A stretch of 64,000 nt of DNA from Mageeibacillus sp. UBA1212 (GCA_002309655.1 DBXM01000003.1:21078-85077), one strand, 5' to 3'. Positions 54,164 to 63,363 are shown, numbered from the stretch's first letter. Translations and numbers: made by a program. The notes: generated from the sequence alone by a model not told the origin.

Positions 54164-55294
54164 TTACCGCCAGTACTCTCTTTTAAACAACCCGTCTTTC
54201 CACTCGGGAGCGATCTCACTCCACTCAAAGCTTTCCGCATCAATCTCAAACTGAGGTTCGATTACCCATTCACCCCTCAGGTTGATAAATCCCCAGAGTT
54301 CATTCTCGGCGGATTGAGCTACTGCCATTCCGTTTTCTTCAAAACCTCCAACCATTAAAAATGATGGTTTAATTACCCATTCGCCTGCAAGGTCTTTATA
54401 TCCGTATAACCCGTCTGCATTCTCGCAATCTTCATGGGGAATCGCAATATCCTCTGCTCTGTTATACGTCGCTTTAAGAACCCATTCGCCCTTCAGATTT
54501 ATAGCACCCCATAGCTCATTGGCATTTGATTTTGCTTTTGCAAACATACCGTCGGTTGAATATAACAGTTCCTTAAACTCGGGGTTTACAACATATTTTC
54601 CGGCACGATCGATAAAACCGTATAACTCATTATCAATAGACTGGACCAACGCTAAGCCACGCGAGAATGGGTATGCTTTCTTAAAATGGGGATAGATAAC
54701 ACTGCCGTTGTTTGTGTTGTCATCTATAAAACCCCATAACTCGGTACCAATTGCTTGGATAAGCGTTGGAGAATCCTTGTCAATACTAACACAATAGCAA
54801 GAACTTAAAGTTGCATTTTTCGCAATTTCAGCAACCGAGTGTTCTCTTTGACAAACAAGAGTATCTATCAATAGTTTTTCTTCTTTTGCATCAAAGTAGT
54901 AGAACGCTCTCGGCAGATCTTTGTATAACTTAAAATATCTGTCTCCAATGATATGTGAGCAGCCCTCATAACGCGGTTCTATGATCCAGTTTCCAAGTTT
55001 ATTAATAACACCCCAACCCTCTTTTACACCTTTCGCAGCGGCAAAGTCTGTACCCGGTGCGAAAGTACCTGCATTTGAAAACTTTGGTTCAATAATCCAT
55101 TTTCCCCTAATATCAATAAATCCATACAAGTCGTTTTCGCTCGATTGGACGAGGGCAAGTCCATCTGTAAATGCTCCACGATTATCGAAATCGTGACGGA
55201 CATCCTTATATTTCGGCGGAATGATCCATTTCCCGGCATCATCAATAAATCCAAACAAGCCGTCTTTCTTTACCGGGATACATCTGTTTTTCAT
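54164..55294 (-). CDS. WG (KWG) repeat-containing protein
   Basis: 376 aa with many repeats of the form LYGFIDxxGKWIIEPKF / LWGFINLRGEWVIEPQF. Confidence 0.8.
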   Translation of the reverse strand: MKNRCIPVKKDGLFGFIDDAGKWIIPPKYKDVRHDFDNRGAFTDGLALVQSSENDLYGFIDIRGKWIIEPKFSNAGTFAPGTDFAAAKGVKEGWGVINKLGNWIIEPRYEGCSHIIGDRYFKLYKDLPRAFYYFDAKEEKLLIDTLVCQREHSVAEIAKNATLSSCYCVSIDKDSPTLIQAIGTELWGFIDDNTNNGSVIYPHFKKAYPFSRGLALVQSIDNELYGFIDRAGKYVVNPEFKELLYSTDGMFAKAKSNANELWGAINLKGEWVLKATYNRAEDIAIPHEDCENADGLYGYKDLAGEWVIKPSFLMVGGFEENGMAVAQSAENELWGFINLRGEWVIEPQFEIDAESFEWSEIAPEWKDGLFKREYWR

Positions 55295-55389
55295 TTATAA
55301 ATCCTCCATCGGTTAACCATGTTTTATACAAACTCTTAATATGTGCAACATGGGATGATTACCTGAATCTACGCAAGATTTAAGGGAAA

Positions 55390-56016
55390 TCACGACTGCT
55401 TCTGCTTTATCTTGTTGCTTGCATTCTTATCACACTGGTAAAGATATTTATCTACATCTTTAAATGATTTGCCACATTTCTTTAGTGATTTGGCGCCGTC
55501 AAGCCCTTTTTCAAAGATTCCCAAACATTTCCTAATATAATCAATGTAAGTACAAACAGCATCATCGTTTTTCCCCTGCGGCACTTTTTTTGAACTATCG
55601 GAATAAGCGGTTCTATATGCTCTTGTATCTATTATTGGAAATGCATTTTCATTAAAGAAGTGCAGAATCGTGCTTGCCATTGCAATTCGAATTCCTTTTT
55701 TTGCATCTAAGAGAGACCTAACAACCTTCTTGGTCTCATCTTCTCTATTCAAAACATCCTCAGGGCCACAAACCTCCTTGCAGAAATTAAAAACTGTCAA
55801 AAGTGATTCATTGTCAACATCGACTATACGGTCAACCTTCCACAAAACGATTTCGTTAAGGACGGGCTTTAGTTCTTCTCCATTGATGACACTCTTTTCT
55901 CTAAGAGAAACGACGTTGGTCTTAATGTTTTTGCCATAATCAGTTTCATCCACAATGTTGTAACTGTATTCATTTAATACTATTTCAGGATCTATTTCGT
56001 TTTGTCTGTTATTCAT
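55390..56016 (-). CDS. Hypothetical protein
   Basis: 208 aa, AT-rich. The segment GIRIAMASTILHFFNENAFPIIDTRAYR is the only conspicuously conserved-looking stretch. No family was assigned. Confidence 0.5.
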   Translation of the reverse strand: MNNRQNEIDPEIVLNEYSYNIVDETDYGKNIKTNVVSLREKSVINGEELKPVLNEIVLWKVDRIVDVDNESLLTVFNFCKEVCGPEDVLNREDETKKVVRSLLDAKKGIRIAMASTILHFFNENAFPIIDTRAYRTAYSDSSKKVPQGKNDDAVCTYIDYIRKCLGIFEKGLDGAKSLKKCGKSFKDVDKYLYQCDKNASNKIKQKQS

Positions 56017-56059
56017 AGGTTGTTCACTCCCGAACTAATTTAGTTCTTATCGATGAAAT

Positions 56060-56473
56060 TCAATACGGCAAATCGTCCGGCATCTCAAACGTTGCGGTGT
56101 CGACTTTCCAGTCTCCGAAGCTGAGAATTCCGCCATCGTCAACGGCCAGTTCACGCTCGCGTGCAGTAGCAATCAAATCATCATGAAAACTCGCCGCGAT
56201 TTCGCATTCATAATCATCACAAAGGAAATTGGCTTCGCTGTCATACAGAGGGTCAAACAATCCCCACATTTCAGCGTAGAGCAGAACATAGTCGCGACTG
56301 AGTTCCGCATCGTCAATGCACATCATTTCAAAAAAATACGGCCAGGACGCGACCATCAGTTTGCCGTATTTCTCCGGGTCGAACGAGTCGCCCGAACTGT
56401 CCTGCAGGTCTTCCCGCATTTTCCTCCAGGATTCCCAAAGTTTTTCTATTTCCGGATTTCTAAAAGTTGTCAT
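56060..56473 (-). CDS. Small acidic hypothetical protein (immunity-protein-like composition)
   Basis: 137 aa, with RBS GCGAGGA. It starts 11 nt after the upstream stop. Confidence 0.5.
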   Translation of the reverse strand: MTTFRNPEIEKLWESWRKMREDLQDSSGDSFDPEKYGKLMVASWPYFFEMMCIDDAELSRDYVLLYAEMWGLFDPLYDSEANFLCDDYECEIAASFHDDLIATARERELAVDDGGILSFGDWKVDTATFEMPDDLPY

Positions 56474-56484
56474 GTTGTCCTCGC

Positions 56485-58674
56485 TTAATCATCGAGTTTT
56501 ATCCACATCGCCGGCCTTATGCCTTCCTCATATGAAGTCCAGCCAAACTTCGTTATATCGCCGTTTGAAAGTACTTTCGCACACCGGTTTTGTTCCGCGC
56601 CCGGAGTACGCAATATCCAGCCGCAAGTTCCTTTGATTCCGTCAGTGGTTTCAAATCTTCCGCTCGGATCGATATGAAAATTGCCGTCATATGAAAACGA
56701 TTCAAAGTAATCACACTCCGGATCCTGGACATAATCTGTTGCCTGACATTTTCTTGCTTTTTCCGTGTCGAAGTATTTTTCGACTTCTGACACACTCAAG
56801 ATAAAGACCTTGTCCGTAGTATTGTTGCCGCTTTTTGACTTGGTTCCTCTGATTTTGTCATTTATCAGAAATGTTGTCTCAATCCGTTGCCGTTCTTCCT
56901 CGTTAAATGCCTCGTGGATAAACTCATCGTTCAGCCATGAGCGCAGAGTACATTCTTCCCATGTGGTGCCTTCACAGTCCCATACCTTAACGTCCTTCCC
57001 GCATTCGTTATAACGTTTCTTCTCAATGACATACTTGCTTATAACGAACGCCCTGTCGCCTTCTTTTTCCAGAATCTGCCACTTGATGGGAGTTTTTTTA
57101 CCGTCGACCGAAGTCGGATATCTGCCAAACTCTATAATACCGGGATCGTTCTTTTGCTTTCTCTCGAATGCTTCTTTTATCGCAAACTCATATTCAGGAA
57201 GGTTGATATTCTCGCTGTTTTCATCCAAATTCAGCCACATAACCGGTCTGAGGCCTTTGACCCGGTCTATATTTACAGCGCTCCAGGCTCTGCGAAAATC
57301 TTCGTCATCTTCTTTACTGTATACCGTTTCAACTTCAGTCTGCTTTTCATGCGGTGTTCTTGAAAGCCATGGGCAGTTCGAATAATTATGTGCTCTGGTA
57401 TCTTTAGTCTGCGCGTAAGGAGTATAAGAAGTCTCTCCGCTCCTGAACGGACCGAAGTATTCGTTCGCTTCCTGGATGTCGAGAATAAAAATCTTGTCTG
57501 CGGTGTCATTCCCGGGATCTGCGGAATGATCCAGGTATCCGTTTCTCACCGCTTTGACCCTTGTGCCCATTATCCTTTTTTGCTCGGTTTCGGTGAAGGC
57601 GGAATTGAAAAACGTTTCGTTCAGCCATTTCCTCAGCGAACAGTGCTCCCACGTAACGCCAACCGGTTTATTGTGAAACCGTACCGCATCTATGCAGTAT
57701 TTGCTTATCAGTAACGCCTTTTTATCATCTTTACACAAGACGCACCATTCTATCGGGGCAACAGTTCTGTCGGCGCTTTGCGGATAAGAACCGAACTTGA
57801 CGGTATCCTTATTAAAAAGCTCTTCCTCGCGTTGCCGTCTCTTTTTAAATTCTTCTTCCGCTTCCCGGTTTTCCTTTTCTTCAAGCAGCCGTTTTTGTCT
57901 TCTCGCTTCGCGTGCCGTTTTCCCGAAAACCTCGGATTCATCAAAACTACCTATGAAAATCTCTTCATAGATTTCATCAAGCTGGTTCGGGGAGCAAAAG
58001 ACGCATCTTTTATAGCCCCAGTTTCCGCGACTGGTGTAAACATCCTCCAATGCAATCTTTCGTTTTCTGACAACATATACCGGATGTGCAGAATCGCTCC
58101 ATGAATTCTTAAAGCAGCGTGCGCCAAGTTCGTTATGGTCCGTGTTCGACATATTGCAAATGTAGATAAAACTCTCAGTGAAAGCGTCGGGTTCTATTTT
58201 TTTCAAAGTCGATGGCATTACAACTTCGGTCGTAACCGTTCCTTGAAACGCATTTTCGCCGATGATTTCCGTACCTTCAGGAACAACATACTTGTCACCA
58301 AACCTTCCCCTCGGAAAGCAAACAAGCTTCTTCCTGTCCGCCGTAAACAAAACGCCGTCTATATCAACGAAAGCGTTGTTGTCTTCATCCACATATATAT
58401 TTTGCAGAGAATAAAAGAAGCCGAACGACAGCGGAGGTATTTCAGTCAGAGACGAAGGAATGTACAGGTTCTTGATTGTTGACCCGCCCTTAACGCCTGC
58501 TTGTACGATTCCGGAAACCGTAGGAGGAATATGAAAATCTGTTGCCGAAGTTGACACTCCGGACAGTTTTCCTCGATATGTTTTTATCTTTGTTTGCCTT
58601 TCAGACGGTTCATCATCTCTTGCAATACTGTCCATTTCGTCGAAATACCATTCAAGTTTTCTGGTCAGTTTCAT
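56485..58674 (-). CDS. BspA-type LRR protein with two DUF6273-like domains
   Basis: 729 aa. N-terminal LRR units (NLYIPSSLTEIPPLSF, VVPEGTEIIGENAF, VMPSTLKKIEPDAF) are followed by a charged linker and two FGSYPQ/FGRYP...PIEW/PIKW...WLN...VFIL...RPxMW domains. Confidence 0.7.
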   Translation of the reverse strand: MKLTRKLEWYFDEMDSIARDDEPSERQTKIKTYRGKLSGVSTSATDFHIPPTVSGIVQAGVKGGSTIKNLYIPSSLTEIPPLSFGFFYSLQNIYVDEDNNAFVDIDGVLFTADRKKLVCFPRGRFGDKYVVPEGTEIIGENAFQGTVTTEVVMPSTLKKIEPDAFTESFIYICNMSNTDHNELGARCFKNSWSDSAHPVYVVRKRKIALEDVYTSRGNWGYKRCVFCSPNQLDEIYEEIFIGSFDESEVFGKTAREARRQKRLLEEKENREAEEEFKKRRQREEELFNKDTVKFGSYPQSADRTVAPIEWCVLCKDDKKALLISKYCIDAVRFHNKPVGVTWEHCSLRKWLNETFFNSAFTETEQKRIMGTRVKAVRNGYLDHSADPGNDTADKIFILDIQEANEYFGPFRSGETSYTPYAQTKDTRAHNYSNCPWLSRTPHEKQTEVETVYSKEDDEDFRRAWSAVNIDRVKGLRPVMWLNLDENSENINLPEYEFAIKEAFERKQKNDPGIIEFGRYPTSVDGKKTPIKWQILEKEGDRAFVISKYVIEKKRYNECGKDVKVWDCEGTTWEECTLRSWLNDEFIHEAFNEEERQRIETTFLINDKIRGTKSKSGNNTTDKVFILSVSEVEKYFDTEKARKCQATDYVQDPECDYFESFSYDGNFHIDPSGRFETTDGIKGTCGWILRTPGAEQNRCAKVLSNGDITKFGWTSYEEGIRPAMWIKLDD

Positions 58675-58686
58675 GTTGCCCTCCGC

Positions 58687-58725
58687 TTAATCATCTATTT
58701 TTATCCACATCGCCGGCCACGCGCC
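58687..58725 (-). pseudogene. Relic 3' end of a DUF6273-like gene (GAWPAMWIKIDD-stop)
   Basis: 58671-58718 is near-identical to 56470-56516, which spans a start codon, an RBS spacer, a stop and the last codons RPAMWIKLDD of 56485..58674. No upstream gene body remains. Confidence 0.6.
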
Positions 58726-58742
58726 AAATCTACAGCCACAAA

Positions 58743-60635
58743 TCATTCTATACTGTCCGCGTTCCATTCCTCGCAGATATTCTTCGCCTTGTCGCGCAGC
58801 GTCTTCATTCTCCTTTTATGGACAGAAGTTCTCTCGCGCATTTCCTCGGTTACTTCCCGCATTTCATTAGCGATCCTCTGCTGCTCGTAGAGCGGATAGT
58901 CCGGCACTGGAAGCTTCTTTATTGCATCTGCACTTATCATCGAAATGGTCGAACCGACAGCGGCATCGCAAAGCAGTTTGCTGCCTTTTTCGCTCTCAAA
59001 GAATGCCTTGAAGAAATACGGAACGCCTTTGCTTTTGTCGATCTCAATCACGTAAAGGTTTCCGCTGGCAATTATCTGCGTACCTTCGGGAACGTCCGCC
59101 ACCGCAATCTTGAAGGCGTTGCCGCCTTTGGGAACATCCGCCACCGCAACTTTAGAGGAGCTGTCGCCTTTGGGAACATCCGCCGCGGCAATCTTGAAGG
59201 CGCTGCCGCCTTTGGAAATAATCAGGTCGCCGTCGTTGATCCGGTATTTTGCGAGTTTTGCGGCGAGCGCTTCGTCCGGCTTGATGTGCTTCGTGCTGTC
59301 ATGGTCAATGTAGCCGTCAACAATATTGCCGATAGCAAGGTATTCACAACCAGAATCATCGGTTTCGATTGACTTAAGCTCCTCTGCACGCATCGGGGTG
59401 CCGCGCTTGATGTTTTTGATAAAGTCGCCAAACTCACGGGAATTAGAAAGCGTCACTTTTTCCACGGGATACCTGTCCGCGGCCAGCACATACTCGTTTC
59501 CTTTAATTTCTTCGACCGGAACGTTCCTTCCTAAGCCATTATCTTCCGTTAAGGCTTGAATGATCTGTTCAACGTATTCGTCTGTAATTAGGTTTATGAA
59601 TCTGAAGTATTCGCAGCAACCTGACGCCTCAATCATCCTGATAGTCTGCGGCATTTCGTCGGCAGAAGTTCTCTTTGTCAAGACCAGCAGCGTAACAGGA
59701 ATGCGCATATTTCTAAAGAGCCTTTCGGGGAGCGAAATAACTGTATCAACATATCCGCCGTCTATAAAGATTTTTCTTGCTTCTCTGTCATACCAGTTGT
59801 TCAGACTTCCGCTGTTTGTCACAACAACTGCCTTACCCCCTTCCTCGAGACCGTCAAGCGCGCTCGCGATATACTGCCAGTCTGTAAATCTAATCGGCGT
59901 TTTGCTAACCGTTTCAATCAAGCTGCCCTTAAAAGATCCGTCAATTGGAATTGAGGCCTTCCTTTGTCCGAAAGGATAGTTTATGAACGCCTTTGTGAAT
60001 TTCGTCTCAGGCTTAATGTCACGCACATCGCCCTCGATCATATTTATCCGGCCGCCCGCCGCTTCTACTCTTATCGATGCAATTTCGCATAGGAAGCTGT
60101 CAATGTCAATGCCTGTGTAGGCAGCCTGCGGCTCCTTCTGCGACGCCAGAACCGTGAAAACTCCTAGGCCGGTGCAGTATTCACAGACCCTGTCGCCCGC
60201 TTCCAGGTCGAGAATCCTTATCGCCAGCTCCGCAATCGACTCCGGCATCGAGGCCTTTTCCCTTACGGATTGTGTAAATCCATAGGAGAGAATCGAAGAC
60301 TTCAAGTTAGCAACGGTCTTGTTTTTATCGTCCGAAAACGCTTTTATTCTGTCGGAAGTTTCCGTGATGCCCTTCCAGACCCGTTCCAGCCTGCCTTTGT
60401 AAAACGCCAGCTTTCGGACCTTTTCCCTTTCATCGCAAATATCAAGAGACTCCACGAATGCTTCCGGAGAAGTTATGTCTGCTCCGTCCTCCAAGTTCTT
60501 CAGCACGACATAGGCAATCGGAACCACCAGCATCCGCGCGTCATCCAATTCTCTTATCGGCCCTACGATTTCATAGAACTCCTTGCTGAGCGAAATATTT
60601 ATCGCTTCCCTTTTTTCAAACTCTTCTTTTGTCAT
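58743..60635 (-). CDS. N6-adenine DNA methyltransferase fused to a single HsdS-like target-recognition domain (M-S fusion)
   Basis: 630 aa. Motif I-like VCEYCTGLGVF and motif IV-like FINYPFG. The C-terminal part resembles a type I specificity subunit (DGDLIISKGGSAF...GNLYVIE...) and ends in a coiled-coil. No HsdR-like gene is present in the window. Confidence 0.75.
   Translation of the reverse strand: MTKEEFEKREAINISLSKEFYEIVGPIRELDDARMLVVPIAYVVLKNLEDGADITSPEAFVESLDICDEREKVRKLAFYKGRLERVWKGITETSDRIKAFSDDKNKTVANLKSSILSYGFTQSVREKASMPESIAELAIRILDLEAGDRVCEYCTGLGVFTVLASQKEPQAAYTGIDIDSFLCEIASIRVEAAGGRINMIEGDVRDIKPETKFTKAFINYPFGQRKASIPIDGSFKGSLIETVSKTPIRFTDWQYIASALDGLEEGGKAVVVTNSGSLNNWYDREARKIFIDGGYVDTVISLPERLFRNMRIPVTLLVLTKRTSADEMPQTIRMIEASGCCEYFRFINLITDEYVEQIIQALTEDNGLGRNVPVEEIKGNEYVLAADRYPVEKVTLSNSREFGDFIKNIKRGTPMRAEELKSIETDDSGCEYLAIGNIVDGYIDHDSTKHIKPDEALAAKLAKYRINDGDLIISKGGSAFKIAAADVPKGDSSSKVAVADVPKGGNAFKIAVADVPEGTQIIASGNLYVIEIDKSKGVPYFFKAFFESEKGSKLLCDAAVGSTISMISADAIKKLPVPDYPLYEQQRIANEMREVTEEMRERTSVHKRRMKTLRDKAKNICEEWNADSIE
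59088..59213. repeat. 3 x 42-bp in-frame tandem repeat inside the target-recognition domain
   Basis: Units at 59088-59129, 59130-59171 and 59172-59213. They encode KGGSAFKIAAADVP / KGDSSSKVAVADVP / KGGNAFKIAVADVP. Confidence 0.9.
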
Positions 60636-60723
60636 TGGGGCAGAAATCCTCCTTATTATGGTTTGTGAGGGCTCGATTTCCTCATTTATTCACTTTCGTT
60701 TTCGGTTTGAAATAACCACTCGA

Positions 60724-60752
60724 ATTATACCATGAAGGCGGTTAATATGCAA
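60724..60752 (-). promoter_or_regulatory. Extended -10 promoter for the methyltransferase gene
   Basis: The minus strand reads TTGCAT (60752-60747), a 17-nt spacer, then TGGTATAAT (60732-60724). It overlaps the stop of the upstream gene. Confidence 0.45.
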
Positions 60753-61057
60753 TGCGAAATCCTACGGTCATTTAGTCTTGTTTTCATGAAAATGCTGTTC
60801 AGATTTCCTCTTGCCCACTTAGTTTGGCCATCCGCATAGAATCTTGGCGGGCTTTCAATACAGCAGTAAATTTCCCCGGAGTTTTCTTCTGATTCTGCAA
60901 TCCATTCATATACCGTTTGAAATAATTCTTCGTCTGCATACGGTTCACACACTGGAGGCTCTTCTAAATAAACTCTGCATCCGTCCTCATCGGTTATCGA
61001 ACAATTGTTTGTAGTTCGAATCACAATGTAGCCCGTCTTAAGTCCAAAGGCAGTCAT
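60725..61057 (-). CDS. Hypothetical small protein
   Basis: About 110 aa from the ATG at 61057 (MTAFGLKTGYIVI...). The track ORF begins at a TTG at 61078. It overlaps the upstream gene's end. Confidence 0.45.
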   Translation of the reverse strand: MTAFGLKTGYIVIRTTNNCSITDEDGCRVYLEEPPVCEPYADEELFQTVYEWIAESEENSGEIYCCIESPPRFYADGQTKWARGNLNSIFMKTRLNDRRISHCILTAFMV

Positions 61058-61601
61058 ACCATTCTGCCAGCATTGCAAAGGCCTTCGCTCTGCACACGCT
61101 GCGGTATTGATCTATTTCCGCTTCACGCTTTCTCCATTCTTCTCTTTCGGAATCGTCTTCCCATGAGAAGGTGTTTTTTACTGAGCAGGTATCATAGTTC
61201 TGCTCACGGAACAGGAAAATCATTTCCTTGATGATGCTTTTCCATTTTTCGGAGCACTCTTTCTCCATGCGTTCGTTCCATGCCTTGGCGTTGTCTGTTG
61301 CTTGACACAAAAACTCTCCCCATTCGCAACCGATTTCATCTTTGTGTTCTTTGTAATAAGCTTCAACCATACTTCCGGGAAACCCGCCCAGTACGTCAAT
61401 GTCCTTTAAAAGCTTTTCCAGCATACCGGGGATTACATCGTTAAGATAATCGTCAACGGCCCAGACGTCCATATCCGAAAACCCGCATCTTATCCGCTGT
61501 CTTGCATACTTGTGGTGCCTGAAAAAGGTTCTGATGTTCTTAATGGGACTCTTCCTTATCGAGTAGTCGCTCTTGTCAAAAACGTTTACCATTTCCGTCA
61601 C
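61038..61601 (-). CDS. Hypothetical protein
   Basis: 187 aa. No motif was recognised. Confidence 0.5.
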   Translation of the reverse strand: MTEMVNVFDKSDYSIRKSPIKNIRTFFRHHKYARQRIRCGFSDMDVWAVDDYLNDVIPGMLEKLLKDIDVLGGFPGSMVEAYYKEHKDEIGCEWGEFLCQATDNAKAWNERMEKECSEKWKSIIKEMIFLFREQNYDTCSVKNTFSWEDDSEREEWRKREAEIDQYRSVCRAKAFAMLAEWYDCLWT

Positions 61602-61668
61602 TTCCTGCTTTTTGCATGTCTTTCCGCCTCGTTGGATGTGGGATAAAAGAGTATCCCTTGTGCTCCTT

Positions 61669-63363
61669 TTAGGTTAGGTATGATATTGATAGATAGTCGG
61701 ATATTCCCGTTAATCTTTTGGAATACTCGGATTCCATTATCTCTCTGTACTTTATATTGCATTCGTCCCTGTTTATGTTCCCCTTGAAGTACCCGGAAAC
61801 CGGAACAAGACCCTTGAGATATCCTTCCAACGGCCCGTTGTAAAACTCAAGGTCCATGTAATTGGATTCGCATTTCAGCCAAAATCTGTCGTCGCGGAAT
61901 GCTCCTTCACTCGCATATGCCATATTGATACAGAACCCTGTGTACACCATCTTCTCATTGTTGAAATGCTCGCTGCTGTCGTCTTTTGGGAAATATGATA
62001 TACAGGTTCTTTGCTTCCAGGAAGGGTAACACAGTGTTTTGTTGATCCCCTCCAACACAAAGATATCAAGAGGCCTCTTGGGGTTAAAAACTATATCGCC
62101 CGGCTTGAACGGAGTTGGGAAGTCAAACCAAAGTCCTTTAAAAATGTCTGCAAGTTCCCGCAAACGTCCGCTTTTTGAATCAGCCGCATATAGACCCGTT
62201 ATCTCGAGCGTGGGGGAGAAGAACACCTGAACGCCCTTGTCGCCTTCGTCTGCAGTCACTTTTCTTAATGAAAACCCTTCCGTCCTCTCGTTCGGTTCAG
62301 GGAGTTCTTTATAGGCTTTCCCGAATGATTCAAAAGACGAGAAAATTCCGATAAACTCAGGTTCACCCGCATCGTCGCTGCTTTCGACTTTCGGAATCCG
62401 CTCGGCAACGAACTTCGAGTCACCGGCCGGCCGCATAAAACCGTCAATAAGGCTCTTTTCCGTCTCTATGTATTCCTCAAGGAAGCTGTGAAGACTTGGC
62501 ATAAAACGGGTCAAATGGTTCCTTTCAGGAATTTCACAGTCAAGCATATAATCGATCAAGCCTTTCCATGCATCGTGCTTCTCGTTGACCGTAAGCCCTC
62601 TGCTTTGGTAGATGAGCCAGGCAGCTTCAAGGCTGCTGAACCTGTAACCGGTTTTGTCAAGATGGTTTCTTATTGCATTCGAATTTACGCACTTGAGTAC
62701 GGCTTGCCGGTTTCGCTCTTCTTTATCGGGAATCGCACTGATTCTCGCCTTTTCTTCGTCTCTTTTAAACTGCCTGTATTCGTAATCGAATTGTTCAAAC
62801 AGAGTGTCCCTGCTTGCAAACTTTGCGCCATGTGCGAAGCGGTGAAGCGTCTCTGAATACTTTGCCAGCGTTTTTTCTTTTTTATGCTCGCTTGAATATT
62901 TCGCATAGCATCCGGCGCTTGTTTCTTTTGTAAATACAGCTGCTTCCGGTGCGGGTATGCCCTGCGAAATCAGGTATTCGTAAAAGTCCTCTTTGTACCA
63001 TAAGCTTGCGGGGATGGACGCTCTTAAGTTTTTGTCAACGCACCCGGTTTCGGTAAATTTCCCGGCAAAACTCGCATAAGCGTCTTCACTGCTTTTACTC
63101 TCTTTTATAACTTTAAGTCTCTCACTTTTCCTTATATATGTGTCAACATACTGCGCGTCTAAGAGCCCCACCCGTACCGTCCGGTGAGGAACTACAGGAT
63201 CCTCTTTGGTGCGGAGGTATTCCAGAAACCGAAGGCATTCTTCCTTCGTTTTCGGGCGGTTTCCCGGGACAGGAATGTTTGAAGCGCCCCAGACGTTCTT
63301 TGATGACGTAAAGTACAGTTTTCCGTCGTCTGTCACTGTGTAGTAAACCTGTGACATCTGCAT
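61669..63363 (-). CDS. Hypothetical protein (564 aa)
   Basis: Long uninterrupted ORF. Its ATG directly abuts the upstream stop (TGAATG). No NTPase, nuclease or HTH motif was recognised by eye. Confidence 0.55.
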   Translation of the reverse strand: MQMSQVYYTVTDDGKLYFTSSKNVWGASNIPVPGNRPKTKEECLRFLEYLRTKEDPVVPHRTVRVGLLDAQYVDTYIRKSERLKVIKESKSSEDAYASFAGKFTETGCVDKNLRASIPASLWYKEDFYEYLISQGIPAPEAAVFTKETSAGCYAKYSSEHKKEKTLAKYSETLHRFAHGAKFASRDTLFEQFDYEYRQFKRDEEKARISAIPDKEERNRQAVLKCVNSNAIRNHLDKTGYRFSSLEAAWLIYQSRGLTVNEKHDAWKGLIDYMLDCEIPERNHLTRFMPSLHSFLEEYIETEKSLIDGFMRPAGDSKFVAERIPKVESSDDAGEPEFIGIFSSFESFGKAYKELPEPNERTEGFSLRKVTADEGDKGVQVFFSPTLEITGLYAADSKSGRLRELADIFKGLWFDFPTPFKPGDIVFNPKRPLDIFVLEGINKTLCYPSWKQRTCISYFPKDDSSEHFNNEKMVYTGFCINMAYASEGAFRDDRFWLKCESNYMDLEFYNGPLEGYLKGLVPVSGYFKGNINRDECNIKYREIMESEYSKRLTGISDYLSISYLT

